A stretch of DNA of 64,000 nt from Paraspadella gotoi (lineage: Eukaryota; Animalia; Chaetognatha), in contig CM119268.1 in the NCBI GenBank assembly GCA_051294375.1, positions 13,275,770 through 13,339,769 on the forward strand, read 5' to 3'. Shown here piece by piece: positions 26,859-40,400 of this stretch. Position 1 is the first letter of the stretch; every line of letters starts with the position of its first letter. The position numbers and the translations under genes are program-made. The notes beneath the pieces were generated by a model. That model saw nothing but the letters and a program-made list of their open reading frames with translations, ran no database searches and was not told the DNA's origin.

Positions 26859-28797
26859 CCTACGTTGTTTATCTATTCTTCATACTTATTGTCGCTCGTC
26901 TTTATCGCCGGCCATTTCGTCAACACGCCTCGTCTTTTCCGCCAAGTCCTCCAGCTCAACTCCTTCTGGACTGGATTTCTTGTTCTTCGGAAGTTCTGTT
27001 CGAAGCCGAAAAGCGCCCCCCCCCCCTCTGGCGAATCCAAGCGCAGATCTGGATCGGATTCATCCCCTCGGCCGTTGCGGTTGTTGTTGTTGTTATTGTT
27101 TTGTGGTTATGTTGTAGTTGCGGTCGATTGCGCCGAGTCCTTTCCAGCCGCTTCGAAAAACAAAAATAGCAACAAAATAACACATAAAACAACCGAGCCA
27201 AGTCGAGGTAAAGGTTGTTTCTTCTTATTTCGTCAGTCTTCGTATTAATCATTTGACATTGAAAAAAAAATCAAATAAATTGGCTCTTTAACTATTCTCC
27301 GGCGGAACCTTTATTTGTTTTCATGCTTCTCTTGTATAACTCACTCTTTCGTTTCGACCTGCTCTTAAATTTAATGTAAATTCCGTACTTATTGAATTCG
27401 TTTAAATAAAGACGATTTTTCTCCGGCCAGACAACATGTTTAACCGTTCATCGAAAAGCTGTGAAGCCAATCCTATTCTTTTACGCCACGCAAGCATGTT
27501 TGGAATTTCACCGAACCAACTAAAACGGTCACAATTGAATTTTTTGTTTCAAAACTGTAATCGACGACTTTGGATCGATCGCCCGAGTCAGAACACCCGC
27601 TTCGTCTTAAGAATCCAATGTTTTCATTTTTTTGCCGACCTTTCGTTAAAATCCGCCGCCTTCACGCTCGCCAGTTCTCGCAAAGCCACGAACTTTTGCG
27701 CCAGTTCGAAATGCCTTCGAGACAAGAGAGGCCGACGTCCGGTGGAGACCTCTCGACTCCCGGAGGAATCGAACCTGATCGAGTGGACGGAGATTTCCCG
27801 ACGGGAGGCATTGTGATCCTCCACGAAGGCTACGACGACTTCCACGCGCCACATACCACTTGGCGGACGGAGAATTCCTTTGTTCACGAATTCGACGTCG
27901 ATCACAGGCGAGTTTGTTGGAGATGAATCAAATATATAATATATTATTTGAGATAAAAGTTTGAATTTTTTATGTATAAATATATAATTAAATATATATG
28001 ACAGTAATAATGATTTTTAATAAGGGAAATTACCGCCACTAACTCTATCCTTTTAGACCGCTCGCACATGCGCGGTAATCCAACCTCTCCTCGAAGACCC
28101 GTCAAGATCGCAGACGCCGCCTCCCTCTGCCGCTCAGTTGCAGCCACCGTGCCACCACTGCCCGCGCAACGCTCTGCTGCCTCCCTACGCGTGTCGCGCT
28201 ACACTCTTGCCACGCCCACGGTGGCGGCGCGGAACGGCGCGCACGAGATCGAGGGCGACGGCGGAAAGAATAACGCTCTGGCGACGAGCTCTCGCCGAAT
28301 TCCAACGAGTTCAAGGTAGGCGGCAGAGGCGTAGTTGAAATGCGTTCAGGTTGTAGCGATTGGCATTGTGCAATGTGAATTGTCAATTGGTGCTTGCATT
28401 TTGAACCGATGCATTCAAATAGGGGAAGCTTCGATAGAGCAGTTTTAACTTTAAAGAAAAGTCAATGTTTATGCATGGACGCTTTGTAGACAATTGACAT
28501 GTCTGTAATCTGATTAAATCTGCTCGCCCAATCTCGCTTTGTTCCGACCCGACCTTGTTATATCAGAAAACTTATGAATTGCACTTACCCTTCCACCTTA
28601 CCTAATACGAAATTCCTTTTCAGAGACGAAAAACGAAGAAAACGTGTTCGACGACATCCGACAAGCGGACGTCCTCCTTCACCGTCGCCGTCGTCCCAGT
28701 CGTCCGTCAAGTTGACGTCGCAACCACTGCGGGCGCTGTCAACCTGAAGGATAGGAGGAGCAGAAAAGCGGGGAATCAGAGATGGAGGAGAGAGAGA

Positions 28798-28829
<32 letters not shown>

Positions 28830-31800
28830 CGAGAGAGGATGAGATGGAGAGAGAGAGAGAAGAGAGAGACTTTAGCGCCGCCTACAAGGCGATTAAAATT
28901 TTTAATTGCTGACACCAATTTTAGAATTTACGCGCCGTTGTAAAGCAGCTCATGCCGACGAACAACAAACAACGCAAGACAAATATTCGTCACATTGAAT
29001 CAGCTACACCGAAATATTTTTACAATTTATTTCGCCAATTGTTTCCCGTGCCACAAACAAACGAAAAAAAAAAACAAACAACAAATAAAGAAAACTTATA
29101 AACCAAAAAACAAGTTTGCGAACTTCCATTCGACCCTCAGCGTCAGCTCCTCTTGCAAGATTGCTTCGTGGAGGCGACCCACCAGCTGAGCTAACAGGGA
29201 CCTGAAGGGTCAAAAGCAGAGGAGCTTGGGGGATTTTGCTGAAGACAAAGGAGGAAAAGAGACAAAAGAAAGACAGGAAAATGGAGGACGAGGGGAGGAG
29301 AAGAAGAGGAAGGTAGGAAGAGGAGGAAGGAGAAGAGAAAGAGGAGGAAGGGGTGGAACGGAGATCGTGACATCGGCGGAACGAGCGACTCCTGGCAGGC
29401 GGCCGGAGAAAGAGACATCAAGGCTTGAAAAAAGCGAAAAAAAGAGCAAAGGGCTGTGAAAGAGGAGAAAGGTGAACAAGAATTGTCGAGAAAGATACGA
29501 CGTATTCGTCGACAATTCAAACTTTTAAAAAATATCGAATTATAGAAATTTTAATCGGCTAAATTTTACTTTCTCCGCCGCCGCTTAAAAAACACTCAAA
29601 CCCTAACCAACACCCTTTATTTTGCTGTTAAATGAAGCGAAACAAATTCAAATTTTCCGTTCGTTCGTTCACTTGTCTGACTTCTCTCGTTCTCAACTTC
29701 GTAGATCTCGGACAAAATGCGATGAAGAGGCGACGAAAAGAGTAGTAGAATACATAGAGTTGCAATGATTAACAGAGACGGCGAAGGCTCTAAACAACAA
29801 AAAAAAGTCAATCCTCGGTTGCATCTCAAGAATCCGTTTTGTCGCCAATACCTTCACAAAATTTTATTTTTTTTGGCGATGTTGAAATTGAGACAATTTG
29901 CTTCTTCTTTTTTTTCGTCGCAAGATGGTGTTTTAAAACGTTCCGATCCGAGCGCGCTTGCGCCGAAGGAAAAAACGAATCTCGTTGAAAAATAAAATTA
30001 AACATTAAGACGATTGAAAGCTCCGGTGTGTCGATAATAGTTTGCTCTTTTTTGATTAGTACTACATTTATTAGTTGATATTTTAAGAAAAAAAAAGAAG
30101 TGTACTTGGTTTTTGTTTGTATTGTTTGTTTTTAATTTATAAATTTTAGAAAAATTAATCGATGCTCAAGCGATTTCTCGTATTTCCCCACATCCCCCGC
30201 TCTCAGGCATTCAGTTCGCGCCGACGAAATGGCTCCATCGTCGTTCAGCGCGCAAATGGTCACGAGTCCGCAGAAGATTCGATGAATGAGAGGCTCATTG
30301 GCCGACAAGTCAATGGCAGCCGGGCGCACCCCCCACGCCATCATGAATCCCTCTCGCCGACTCCGATTTTGTAAAACCTCATCGTCTCATCAGTCCTCTA
30401 CAAATCCAGTCGTCGGTCCGGGACCAAAGGCCCAGCACGAGGCAGCAGGGCCATAGCAGAAATGACGGAAGGTCATTCTATCCCAGATCAGTATCATTTC
30501 GATTGAGCTGAAGTGATCTCAAATTGGCTGTGCCACGCCCCGGCTTATGTCCCGCAATTATTGCCACAGGGTTAATATCCCCTTTGTTTCATTCCGCAGC
30601 TGACGTGTTCTCATCGACTCGTGCGCAATTATATCTTTTGTCGATATTGTACAGATTATTATTAACGACAGGTGATGTTTTATTAATAGTTATTTTTTTA
30701 AACAACCGCAGAGCGGCTGTTGGGTTACGCCTGCATATCAGCCTCTAACGTACATAAATTTAAGAAATCCCCCGAGAAAACTCGCAATAGCTACTTATAA
30801 TTTAAACTACCAATGCGTTTTTATTTTAATTTTTTTTGGGGTCCTATTTTTAATTGGCAAACAATTCCTCTGTTTGTTAACTCCCAAGGTTCTCTTCCCT
30901 CTTCTTCATCAAACATTATCGAGCTCAAATGTTTTCAATGCTTGTACGGCCGATAGACGCTATCTGCTAGCCCCCCCTCCAGTCGCCTTCAGCGCATCAA
31001 CACCTAACAACACACACAGCATCAGCAACTAGACCATTGCTCACCAAACAACAAGGCAGTCCTTGACTAACCTAACCGAGCAGCCAGCAAGTGTTGGCTA
31101 GATCGTTTCCAATCTTATGTCAGCTTTGACGACAGACAAAAGACGCTGTTGAGAAGTACAGTTTTTTTGTTCCCGGAGAAACTTTTATCATCTTGAACGC
31201 AAATATGAAAATGCTCAATCGCGGTCCTTTCGTTCAGCTCTCCTGCTGCAAACGCCTCGCAGACGCGAGAATCGAAGGGCGGATCTTGCATGACAAGATC
31301 GGCGAAACGGCGCAATACCATGATCCAAAACATGGGGCCGCAGTTCAAAAGGGACGGTGAATTTAACAGATAGGGAAGATGGCGTAGTGAGGAAGCGGAG
31401 GGAAACTCATTTACGCAATCGCTTCGAGTGAGTTAAGTGAGAGAAAAAGATGAAATTAATTTACTATTATAATTTTACTAAATATCATTTTGATTTTGAA
31501 AACGAACTTTTATTTGACTTTTTTTTTCTTCAACTTCTCGCGCAGAGTTCTTTCCCACTCGGCCATAACTTCTTTAGGACGCGGCGTAACGCCGCCGGGA
31601 AGACGTCCTGTCTGGCGACTCCTCGTCCGGAACGGAGCCACGCCCAACAAGCCTCCACGACTTCCGCGACATCGACGACGACGCAGACGACGCGAAGGCG
31701 GCTGGCACGACGACGTCATAAAAGTGGGGCTCCATTCTATTAGCGGCTGTTTTGTTGATCATCTAGAGGTTGCGAGTGAGTGATGGTTTTGGGGCTCATG

Positions 31801-32147
31801 AATCGATTAAAAGAATCCGATTTCCAATTATTATTAAGAATTCTCTATGAAACCCTTAAAATGAATACGGATTGATAGGATGAAATTTACGTTCAGTTGT
31901 ATATTAACGTAATTACAATTACACTATTTTTAGAAAAAGTTTCAAAAATGTTTCTTTCTTCAGGCGAGACATTCTGCTGAACGCCGTGCCACAGGTGGAC
32001 AAGTTGCTCGATCGCAAGGTGATAAGAAGAGAGAGAGAAGAGAGAAGAGAAGAGAGAAGAGAGAGAGAGAGGAGGAAGAGGAGAGAGAGAGAGAGAGAAG
32101 AGAGCAAAGAGAGAATTGTTCCGTTCTGTCCACCTCCCGCAGCGACG
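26376..32147 (+). repeat. First copy of ~5.5 kb tandem duplication (partner 32173-37430)
   Basis: Collinear direct match on both sides of a 25-N gap; differences are mostly 1-bp indels. Confidence 0.95.
27711..32018 (+). other. Frameshifted duplicate of coding exons 1-10 of the downstream gene; probably an error-rich assembly duplicate rather than a pseudogene
   Basis: Same exons and introns as 33363-37322, with dense indels in exons and introns alike. Confidence 0.75.
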
Positions 32148-33362
32148 NNNNNNNNNNNNNNNNNNNNNNNNNCGCAGTAGGCCATATTTATACTACTACT
32201 AATCCAATAAATTTCAAAATAGTTTTTTTGTAAGATTTGGATTCGTCATGTAAAGTTGATAATAAAAGAATATAACTCTTTTTCACAAATACTAAATATA
32301 TTTTTTAAAATTTTTTACCCTCTTAATGAAAGAATTTTTAAAAATGATTCATATTTTCTTTTATCAACTTTTGACGAGGAATTCAAATCTGTAATCAAAA
32401 TTAAGAAAAGCCTATTTTGAAACTTTTCGATTTTATAAGGATAGTACTATATATAAATATAGCCTACTGCGAAAATTGAAGAACATTAAATAATTTTTTT
32501 TTTACAAATTAATATTCACTGATGGTACGTTGTTCATAATTGACATTTAGAATTTTCGTATGTAACTTTCACTACGCTCTACTGTTTATCTTCATACTTA
32601 TTGTCGTCGTCTTTATCGTCGCCATTTTCGTCAACATCGTCGTCTTTTCCGCAGTCCTCCGCTCAACTCCTTCCTTGTCTTCGGAAGTTCTGTTCGAAGC
32701 GAAACGCCCCGCCCCCTCTGGGAATCCAAGCGCAGATCTGAGATCGGATTCAATCCTCGCCGTTGCGGTTGTTGTTGTTGTTATTGTTTTGTGGAGGTTG
32801 TAGTTGCGGTCGATTCGCCGAGTCCTTTCCAGCCGCTTCGAAAAAAAAAAAGCAACAAAAAACATAAAACAACCGAGCCAAGTCGAGGAAGGTTGTGTTT
32901 TCCTTTATTTCGTCGTCTTCGTTATAATCATTTTGACATTGAAAAAGAAATCAAATAAATTGGCTCTTTACTTCTCGGCGGAACCTTTATTTGTTTTCAT
33001 GCTTTCATTGTAACTCACTCTTTCGTTTCGACTCTCTTAAATTATGTAAATCCGTCACTTATTGAATCGTTTAACGAATAACAAGACGATTTTTCTCCGG
33101 CCAGAAACTGTTTAACCGTTCATCGAAAGCTGTGAAGAAATCCTATTTATTACGCCACTGCAAGCATGTTTGAATTTCACGAACCAACCTAAAACGTCAC
33201 ATTGACTTTTTGTTTCAACTGTAATCGACGACTTTGGATCGATCGCCGAGTCAGCACCCGCTTCGCTTAAGAATCCAAGTTTTCATTTTTTTGCCGACCT
33301 TTCGTTAAAATCGCCGCCTTCACGTCTCCAGTCTCGCAAAGCCACGACCTGCGCCAGTCGAA

Positions 33363-33541
33363 ATGCCTTCGAGACAAGAGAGGCGACGTCGGTGGAGCCT
33401 CTCGACTCCCGGAGGATCGAACCTGATCGAGTGGACGGAGATTCCCGACGAGGATGTGATCCTCCACGAAGGCTACGACGACTTCCACCGGCCGCACTAC
33501 CACTGGCGGGAGAATCCTCTTCACGTCGACGTCGATCACAG
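33363..33541 (+). CDS. Putative first coding exon (MPSRQERRRRWSLSTPGG...VDVDHR)
   Basis: ATG in GAAATG context in both copies; GC donor CAG|GCGAGT in both copies; phase 2. Confidence 0.55.
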
Positions 33542-36500
33542 GCGAGTTTGTTGGAGATGAACAAAATAATAATTATTAAATTAAATTTTTTTTTTATGTA
33601 TAAATATATAATATATAATATGACAGTAAAATGATTTTTAATTAAGGGAAATCCGCCACCCATACTCTATCTTTTAGACCCTCGTCCAGTCGCGGGATCC
33701 ACTCCTCGAAGACCCGTCAAGATCCAGACGCCGCCTCCCTCCGCTCAGTCTGCAGCCACGTGCACCACTGCCCCGCGCACGTCTGCGCCTCCCACGCGTG
33801 CGCGCTACACTCTTGCCACGCCCACGGTGGCGGCGCAGGAAGCGGCGCGCACAGATCGAGGGCGAGGCGGAAGAATAACAGCTGGGCGAGAGTCTCGCGA
33901 GATTCCAACGAGTTCAAAGGGTAGGGGCAGAAGGGCAGTTGAATGCGTTCAGGTTGTATAGGATTGTGCAATTGTGCAATGTGCATTGTAATTGGTGCAT
34001 TGATTTTGAAGCCGATGCATTCGAATAGGGCGAAGCTTCGAAAGAGGGCCGGTTTTAACTTTTAACAAAATAGCAAAATATGTTTCATTTATTAGTTTTA
34101 TCGCATGGAAGGCTTATGATACGAACAATTTTGAACGGAGATTTTAATCTGATTTCAATCTGCTCGCCCAATCTCGCTTTGTCGACCCGACTTGTTATCA
34201 GAAAACCTATGAATTGCACTTACCCTTACCACTTACCTAATACGAATTCCTTTTTCAGAGACGAAAACGGACGAAGAAGAAGAATAAGAAAGAAAAGGAA
34301 GAGAAAGAAAACTATCCCAGATACACGACTCACGCTGTACTCACGACCAACTCTCGGAAAGAAAAAACGTTTGTTTGCGAACGACATCGACAACGTCTCC
34401 TTCCGTCGCCGCCGTCGTCCCAGTCGTCCGTCAAGTTGACGCTATCGAACCACTCGGGGGTAACCTTGGAGGAGGAGATGAGAAGAAAGGGGGAGTCGAG
34501 GGTGGGAATCAGAGGGGAGGAGAGAGATGGAGAGATGGAGCGAGATGAGCAGCGAAGATGAGAGAGCTGAGAAGAGAGAGGAGAGAGAGAGAGAGAAAAG
34601 AGGTAGGATCCCTAGGCCTTAACAAGCGCATTAAAATTTTTAATTGCTGACCAATTTTAGAATTAGCGCCGTTGTAGCAGCTCATGCGACGACAACAACA
34701 ACGAAGACAAATATTCGTCACTTGAATCAGCTACACCGTAATATTTTTAAATGTTATTTCGCAATTGTTTCCTGCCCAAACAAACAAAAAAAACAAACAA
34801 AAACAAAATAAAGAAAATTATAAAACCAAAAAACAAGTTTTTGCGACTCCATCGACCCCTCAGGTCAGCTCCTCTTCCAAAGATTGCTTCGTGGAGCGAC
34901 CCACCAGCTGGAGCTACAGGGACCTGAAGGGTCAAAAGCAGAGGAGCTTGGGGGATTTGCTGAAGCAAGAGGAAGAGAAAAAAGAGAAAAAGAAGCAGGA
35001 AAGGAGGAGAGGGGAGGAGAAGAGGAGGAAGGAGGAAGAGGAGGAGGAGAAGAGAATGAGGAGGAAGGGGTGGACGGAGATCGTGATCGCGGACGAGCGA
35101 CTCCTGCAGGCGGCGGAGAAGAGACAAAGGCTGAAAAAAGCGGAGAAAAAAGAGCAAAGGGCTGTGAAAGAGGAGAAAGGTGAAACTAGAATTGTCGAGA
35201 AAGATACGACGTTTCGTCGACAATTCAACTTTTAAAAATACTTGAGATTTAAATATATTGAAATTTTATCGGCTAAATTTTACTTTCGCCGACCGCGAAA
35301 AAACCCTAACCCTAAACCCCTTTATTTTGCTGTTAAATGAAGAAAAAATTCAAAATTTTCCGCTTCGTTCGTTCCTTGTCTTGACTTCTCTCGTTCTCAC
35401 TTCCGTAGATTCGGACAAAATGTCGATGAAGAGCGAGAAAGAGAGTAGAAACATAGAGTTGATGATAACAGAGACGGCGAAGGTAAACAAACAAAAAAAG
35501 ACAATCCTCGTTGCATCTCAAAATCCGTTGTCGCAATACCTTCACAATTTTTTTTTTGGCGAGTGAAATTGAGAGATTTGCTTCCTTGTTTTTTCGTCGC
35601 AAGGTGATGTTTGAAAACGTTCGATCCGAGCGCGCTTGCGCCCGAGGAAAAACGAAATCTAGTTGAAAAATAAAATTAACTTAGACGATTGAAAGCTTTG
35701 TGTCGATAATAGTTGACTCTTTTTTGATTAGTTACACATTTATTAGTTATATTTAAGAAAAAAAAAAGTGTTACTTGGTTTTTGTTTGTTTGTTTGTTTT
35801 ATATTAAATATTTAGAAATTAATCGATGCTCAACGATTTCTCGTATTCCCCACATCCGCCTCCGCCCCTCTTCATCCGGAATCAGGTTCCGACGTCCGGA
35901 CGAAAGGGTGAGATGGTCGCATCGCAAACGTCGTCGTCGTCAGCGACGCAAATGGCTTCCAGCAGAAGGCAGCAGGTAACCATTGTCGATGAATTGACAG
36001 AAGGCTCATTGGCTCAAGACAACGATCATTGATTGTAGACAGGGCAGATTTTATTGAAGGGTAATCCTTTGTTTCATTCCGCAGTGAGTTCTCTCGACGT
36101 GCAGATATTTTGTTCGATATTGTACAGATTTATTATTAACCGACAGGTGATGTTTTATTAATAGTATTTTTTTTAAACCGAACGGTGTTGGTTCGCTGCA
36201 TATCAGCCTCTACGTACATAAATTTAAGAAATCCCCGCGAAACTCCAATAGCTACTTATAATTAAACACAATGGTTTTATTTAATTTTTTTTGGGGTCTA
36301 TTTTAATTGAAACATCCTGTTGTTAACTCCCGAAGGTCTCTTCCTCTTCTCATCAACATTTCGCTCAAAGTTCTGCTTCGGCCGAAGCTTCTGTACAGTC
36401 GCAGCATCAACACCAACAACAACAACGACAGCAACTATTGCAGCAACAACAGCAGCAACTACAACAACAACAGCAGCAAGTGTTGCTAGATCGTTCCAAT

Positions 36501-37323
36501 CTTATGTCAGCTGACGACGACAAAGAGGTGAGAAGACAGTTTTTTGTTCCCGGAGTAAAGACTTTTATATTTTGACGAAAATATGAAAATGCTCAATCCG
36601 GTCCTCGTTCAGATTCTGCTGCAACGCCTGCAAGAAGCCGAGAATCGAAGGGCGGATCTGATGAGCAAGATCGGCGAAACGGAATCCATGATCCAAAACA
36701 TGGAGGCGCAGTTCAAAGGGACGGGAAAACAGAAGGAAGATGGCGTAGTGAGGAACGGAGGAACTCATTACGAACGCTTCGAGGAGGTGAGAGGAAAAAG
36801 ATGAATTAATTTACTATTAATTTTTACTAATATCATTTTGATTGAAAACGAACTTTATGACTTTCTCTTTCTTCACTTCACCGCCAGAGTTCTTCCCACT
36901 CGGCCCATAACTCTTACCGGACGGACGCCGCCGGAAACGTCCTGTCGGCCTCGTCCGGAAGCAGCCACGCCCACAAAGCCTCCACGCTTCCGGCGACATC
37001 GACGACGACGACGACGACGAAGGCGGCCAACGACGACGTCATAAAAGGAGTCGGCGTCCATTCCAAGTGAGCGGCTGTTTTGTTGATATCTAGAGGTTGG
37101 AGTGAGTGAGGTTTGGGGCTCATGAATCATTAAACAGCGTGATATTCCACTTATTTTAAGATTCTATGAACCCCTTAAAATGTATAGGATGATAGGTGAA
37201 ATTACGTTCGTTTGTATATTAAACGTAATTACAATTACACTATTTAAAAGTTTCAAATGTTTCTTTTCTTCAGGCGAGACACTGCTGAACGCCGTGCCAA
37301 GGTGGACAAGTTGCTGATGCAGG

Positions 37324-37403
<80 letters not shown>

Positions 37404-40400
37404 CTTGTCCAGTGTCCACTCTCGAGGACGTCTCTCTCCTTAAACTAATGACCTTTCTTCCCGCCAGGTGGCCTCCGGGGGTGAGGAGGGGTTGACGCGC
37501 GGAGGACGGGACACCATCTCGTCGACGACCTCTTCCAAGAAGTCGGCCTCGATGAGTCACGCCGCTTCCCAAAGTCACGCCTCTCAGTCGCAATCGCACG
37601 TGAGCAGGAATCAGGTGAGAGGGTTCAAGTCTAATTGAGGGGGATCAGGTTTAGGGGGCAAGCCTGATCTAATTATGTGACCAACATGATCGTGACCTCC
37701 TTCTTCCAGGCCCCCTACTCGACCCTCTCCTCCGTCTCCTCCTCGTCGACTCAAGGCGCCCCCCCGCGGTCCCACGCCTCCCTGCTGCAAACGCAAGGAG
37801 GGATCCATTCGCAGCATGAACACTTTGTTCAGCAGCAAAACGCACAAGTAAATTCTTGGGAAGATTAAGTTCCAACTGTTTAAATGGTCAATGATCACTT
37901 TCAATTAGTAATATTTTGAATAGTTTGGTCTGTATCGTGGACATAAGGATACCTGAGGTCATCAACTTTTCTGTTCGTTTAAAAAAAAAGTGGCGAACTC
38001 TTCTTTCATTAAAGGCAGTGCACTCTGAATATAATGTGAAAGATATTTTGTCCATAACACGTGCTCAAATAAGCCGAAAGCTGGGACCGGGTAAACGCCG
38101 GGATGTTTATTTCAGCCACTGAAAAACCTTTTTTTGAACTTCACGTTAATATGCAAATTAGATTATACGAATTCCACCGACAGAACCTCACGTTAAGCGA
38201 AAGTCCGACGCCGAGTCAAAGAATGCAAAGGACGAAATCCTCCTCTTCTCGACTCAACTCCGACACATTGGAAACTAGAGGAATTTCTATGAGGAGTAAG
38301 CATAAATAATAAAACATTGAAAACATAAAGGAAAAAAAAAATCTCTAAATCATAAAATTCCTTTGTATTGAAACAGGCGACGCGCTGACGCCGGCCAAAA
38401 GTCCCCGCATCATCAAGAAGACGATTCGGGCCCGAGGCGGATCAGTCGACAACATTCATCGGGGAAACGAGGAGAACGTTCACAGAGGTGAAAAGAAGAA
38501 GGGGAACGTTCACAGAGGTGAAAAGAAAAAGGGGAACGTTCACATAAGTCAAATTTAAAAGGAGAATGATCATTCGATTACTTATTCCTATGAATAAAAA
38601 AAAAAAAAATTCTGATTACTTTTTGATTATTCTTTGCTTACCAATGTTAGATTGTCTTTGAATTTTATTGAGATGGTTTAAACTTGCCACTTCTTTTTCC
38701 AGAGGTGACGAAGACGGTGACCTACAAGCCGGTGCCACTCCAGGCTCACACCATCGTCATCAACCAGACGAAGGAGATCATCAGAGAGGCGCCTCAAAAG
38801 TCACCGACGCCGGAACCGGAAGTTAAGCCGGAAATAGTCGTCGTCAAGGAGACGCCCAAGCCGCCGGAGAAAAGAGAGGTGAGAACTGAGGAGTGTTGCA
38901 AGAGGACTGCCAGTGTAAGGATCGGGAAAGAATGAATTATTAATATTGCCAAGGATAGGCGATTAAGACGATTAAGGCGATTAAGAATAAGAGAATTAAA
39001 TTTGTACCAATTTCATAAAATTCAGCTCCTTGTATTTTGATGCTAGTGCGGAGTACAATAAGTATTCCCCGATCTAATACTTAAGGGAGTGGTCTTTTCA
39101 TACAATTGAAACATTCTTTGAAATATTTTCCACTTCATTGATAGGGAAGCCAGGTACTCTGGGAGTGAATAAACGGGACTGTGAGAGAGTCTTGATTGAA
39201 AGCTTGCAGGGACCTGCTATGTAATTATCTTGTAAGAGTGATGGAGGCCTTAAACCACCAAAGCCTGTCCAAAGTCAGGGGCAAGATAGCTTATTTATTA
39301 AATGAATGGATAATTTTTATATTGGTTGTACCAATTTCATAAACGAGACGCCGAAATAGAAATGACAAAATAAAATAAAGAGATTGAAGCGAATCGTCTG
39401 ATTTTTCCTTTATTCCATATCGTCCTAAGATGAGCATCCAAACGGATCTGGCTAAACCGGCGAAAACGAAATTGAAAACCTGCGACACTCAAACGGAAGT
39501 CGAGGTGCGATTCTTTCTAATTTTAGACACGATGTTAAATATTTGAAACTTGAAATATCCATTGAACAAATTTTATCCTTTCAGGAAAATGTCGATGCGA
39601 AAAAGGTAAGGAGATTTGAATGAGGAGAGTTTGGCCAAATACCTAGCGCTGCTTTAAAAAAAAAAAAGGTTTTCATTGTAAGCTTATTAGACGTAGAAGT
39701 TTCACGATTGAAAGTATTTCCTGATTTTGTCGGAAAATGTTTTCAATCGACTTTATCGAGTTAATAAAATTAAAGAATTAAGTTTATTGTGCAATCACTA
39801 TTGTACAATGATTTTAGACGTTTTGAAATGAACACATATGACATACTGTGCTTGTGGATTAAATTTATTCAATTTCCCTTGCAATTGATAGATTAGAATA
39901 GCTGAGATTGCTTAGTAATAGCAAATAACAACAAACCATTTCGAAACTAATACCCTCCTTCGCCGCGCCTTATTTTTCTCTTAAAAAAGGAAGTTAAATT
40001 TATTACAAGTTACGTGGTAGGTGGCTTATCTCGCTTAAAATTGCACCTAATCTTTGTATATAACAAGCACTGATCGCTACAATGACAGAGAATCTGCACT
40101 GTGTAATAAATAAACAAGGGTAGAATCGTTTGCCAAAAAATATTTGCGATTTAAGTTAAAATTTTAGTCTTCAAAATTGATGACACTGGGCCCTATTAGC
40201 AACCCAAGCACAATATTTCATCAACTGTTTTGCAACACTTTCTACTGCTTGGATTCTGGCTGCGCTCTGCTATGTGTGTTTACAACAAATTATTACCCCT
40301 TCTACTGTCCTATATCCTCACGAGCTATGCCAAGACCACGGTCAAATCGGGGCTGTTTTGCCAATGTAGCTTGTATTTTTTTTTTAATCCCGAAAGTTTC

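Larger units (their letters stand above)
32173..37430 (+). repeat. Second copy of tandem duplication
   Basis: See partner; reading frames are largely intact from 33363 onward. Confidence 0.95.

Noticed and set aside
27711-32018. Genuine pseudogene or paralogue
   Set aside because: Indel-dominated divergence next to a 25-N gap fits raw-read error better than evolution
35302-35320. CCCTAA telomere-like motif (also TTAGGG-like at ~50590-50675)
   Set aside because: Only one or two degenerate units; not an array
35472-35482. 11-nt microexon
   Set aside because: A much stronger in-frame acceptor at 35408 gives an ordinary 74-nt exon
38474-38544. CRISPR-like 30-bp repeats (also 47014-47086)
   Set aside because: Head-to-tail with no spacers, eukaryotic context, no cas genes
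39960-40050. Faint DNA-transposon-like motifs (also ~45130, ~46275, ~51640)
   Set aside because: Too short and degenerate; no paired TIRs or TSD
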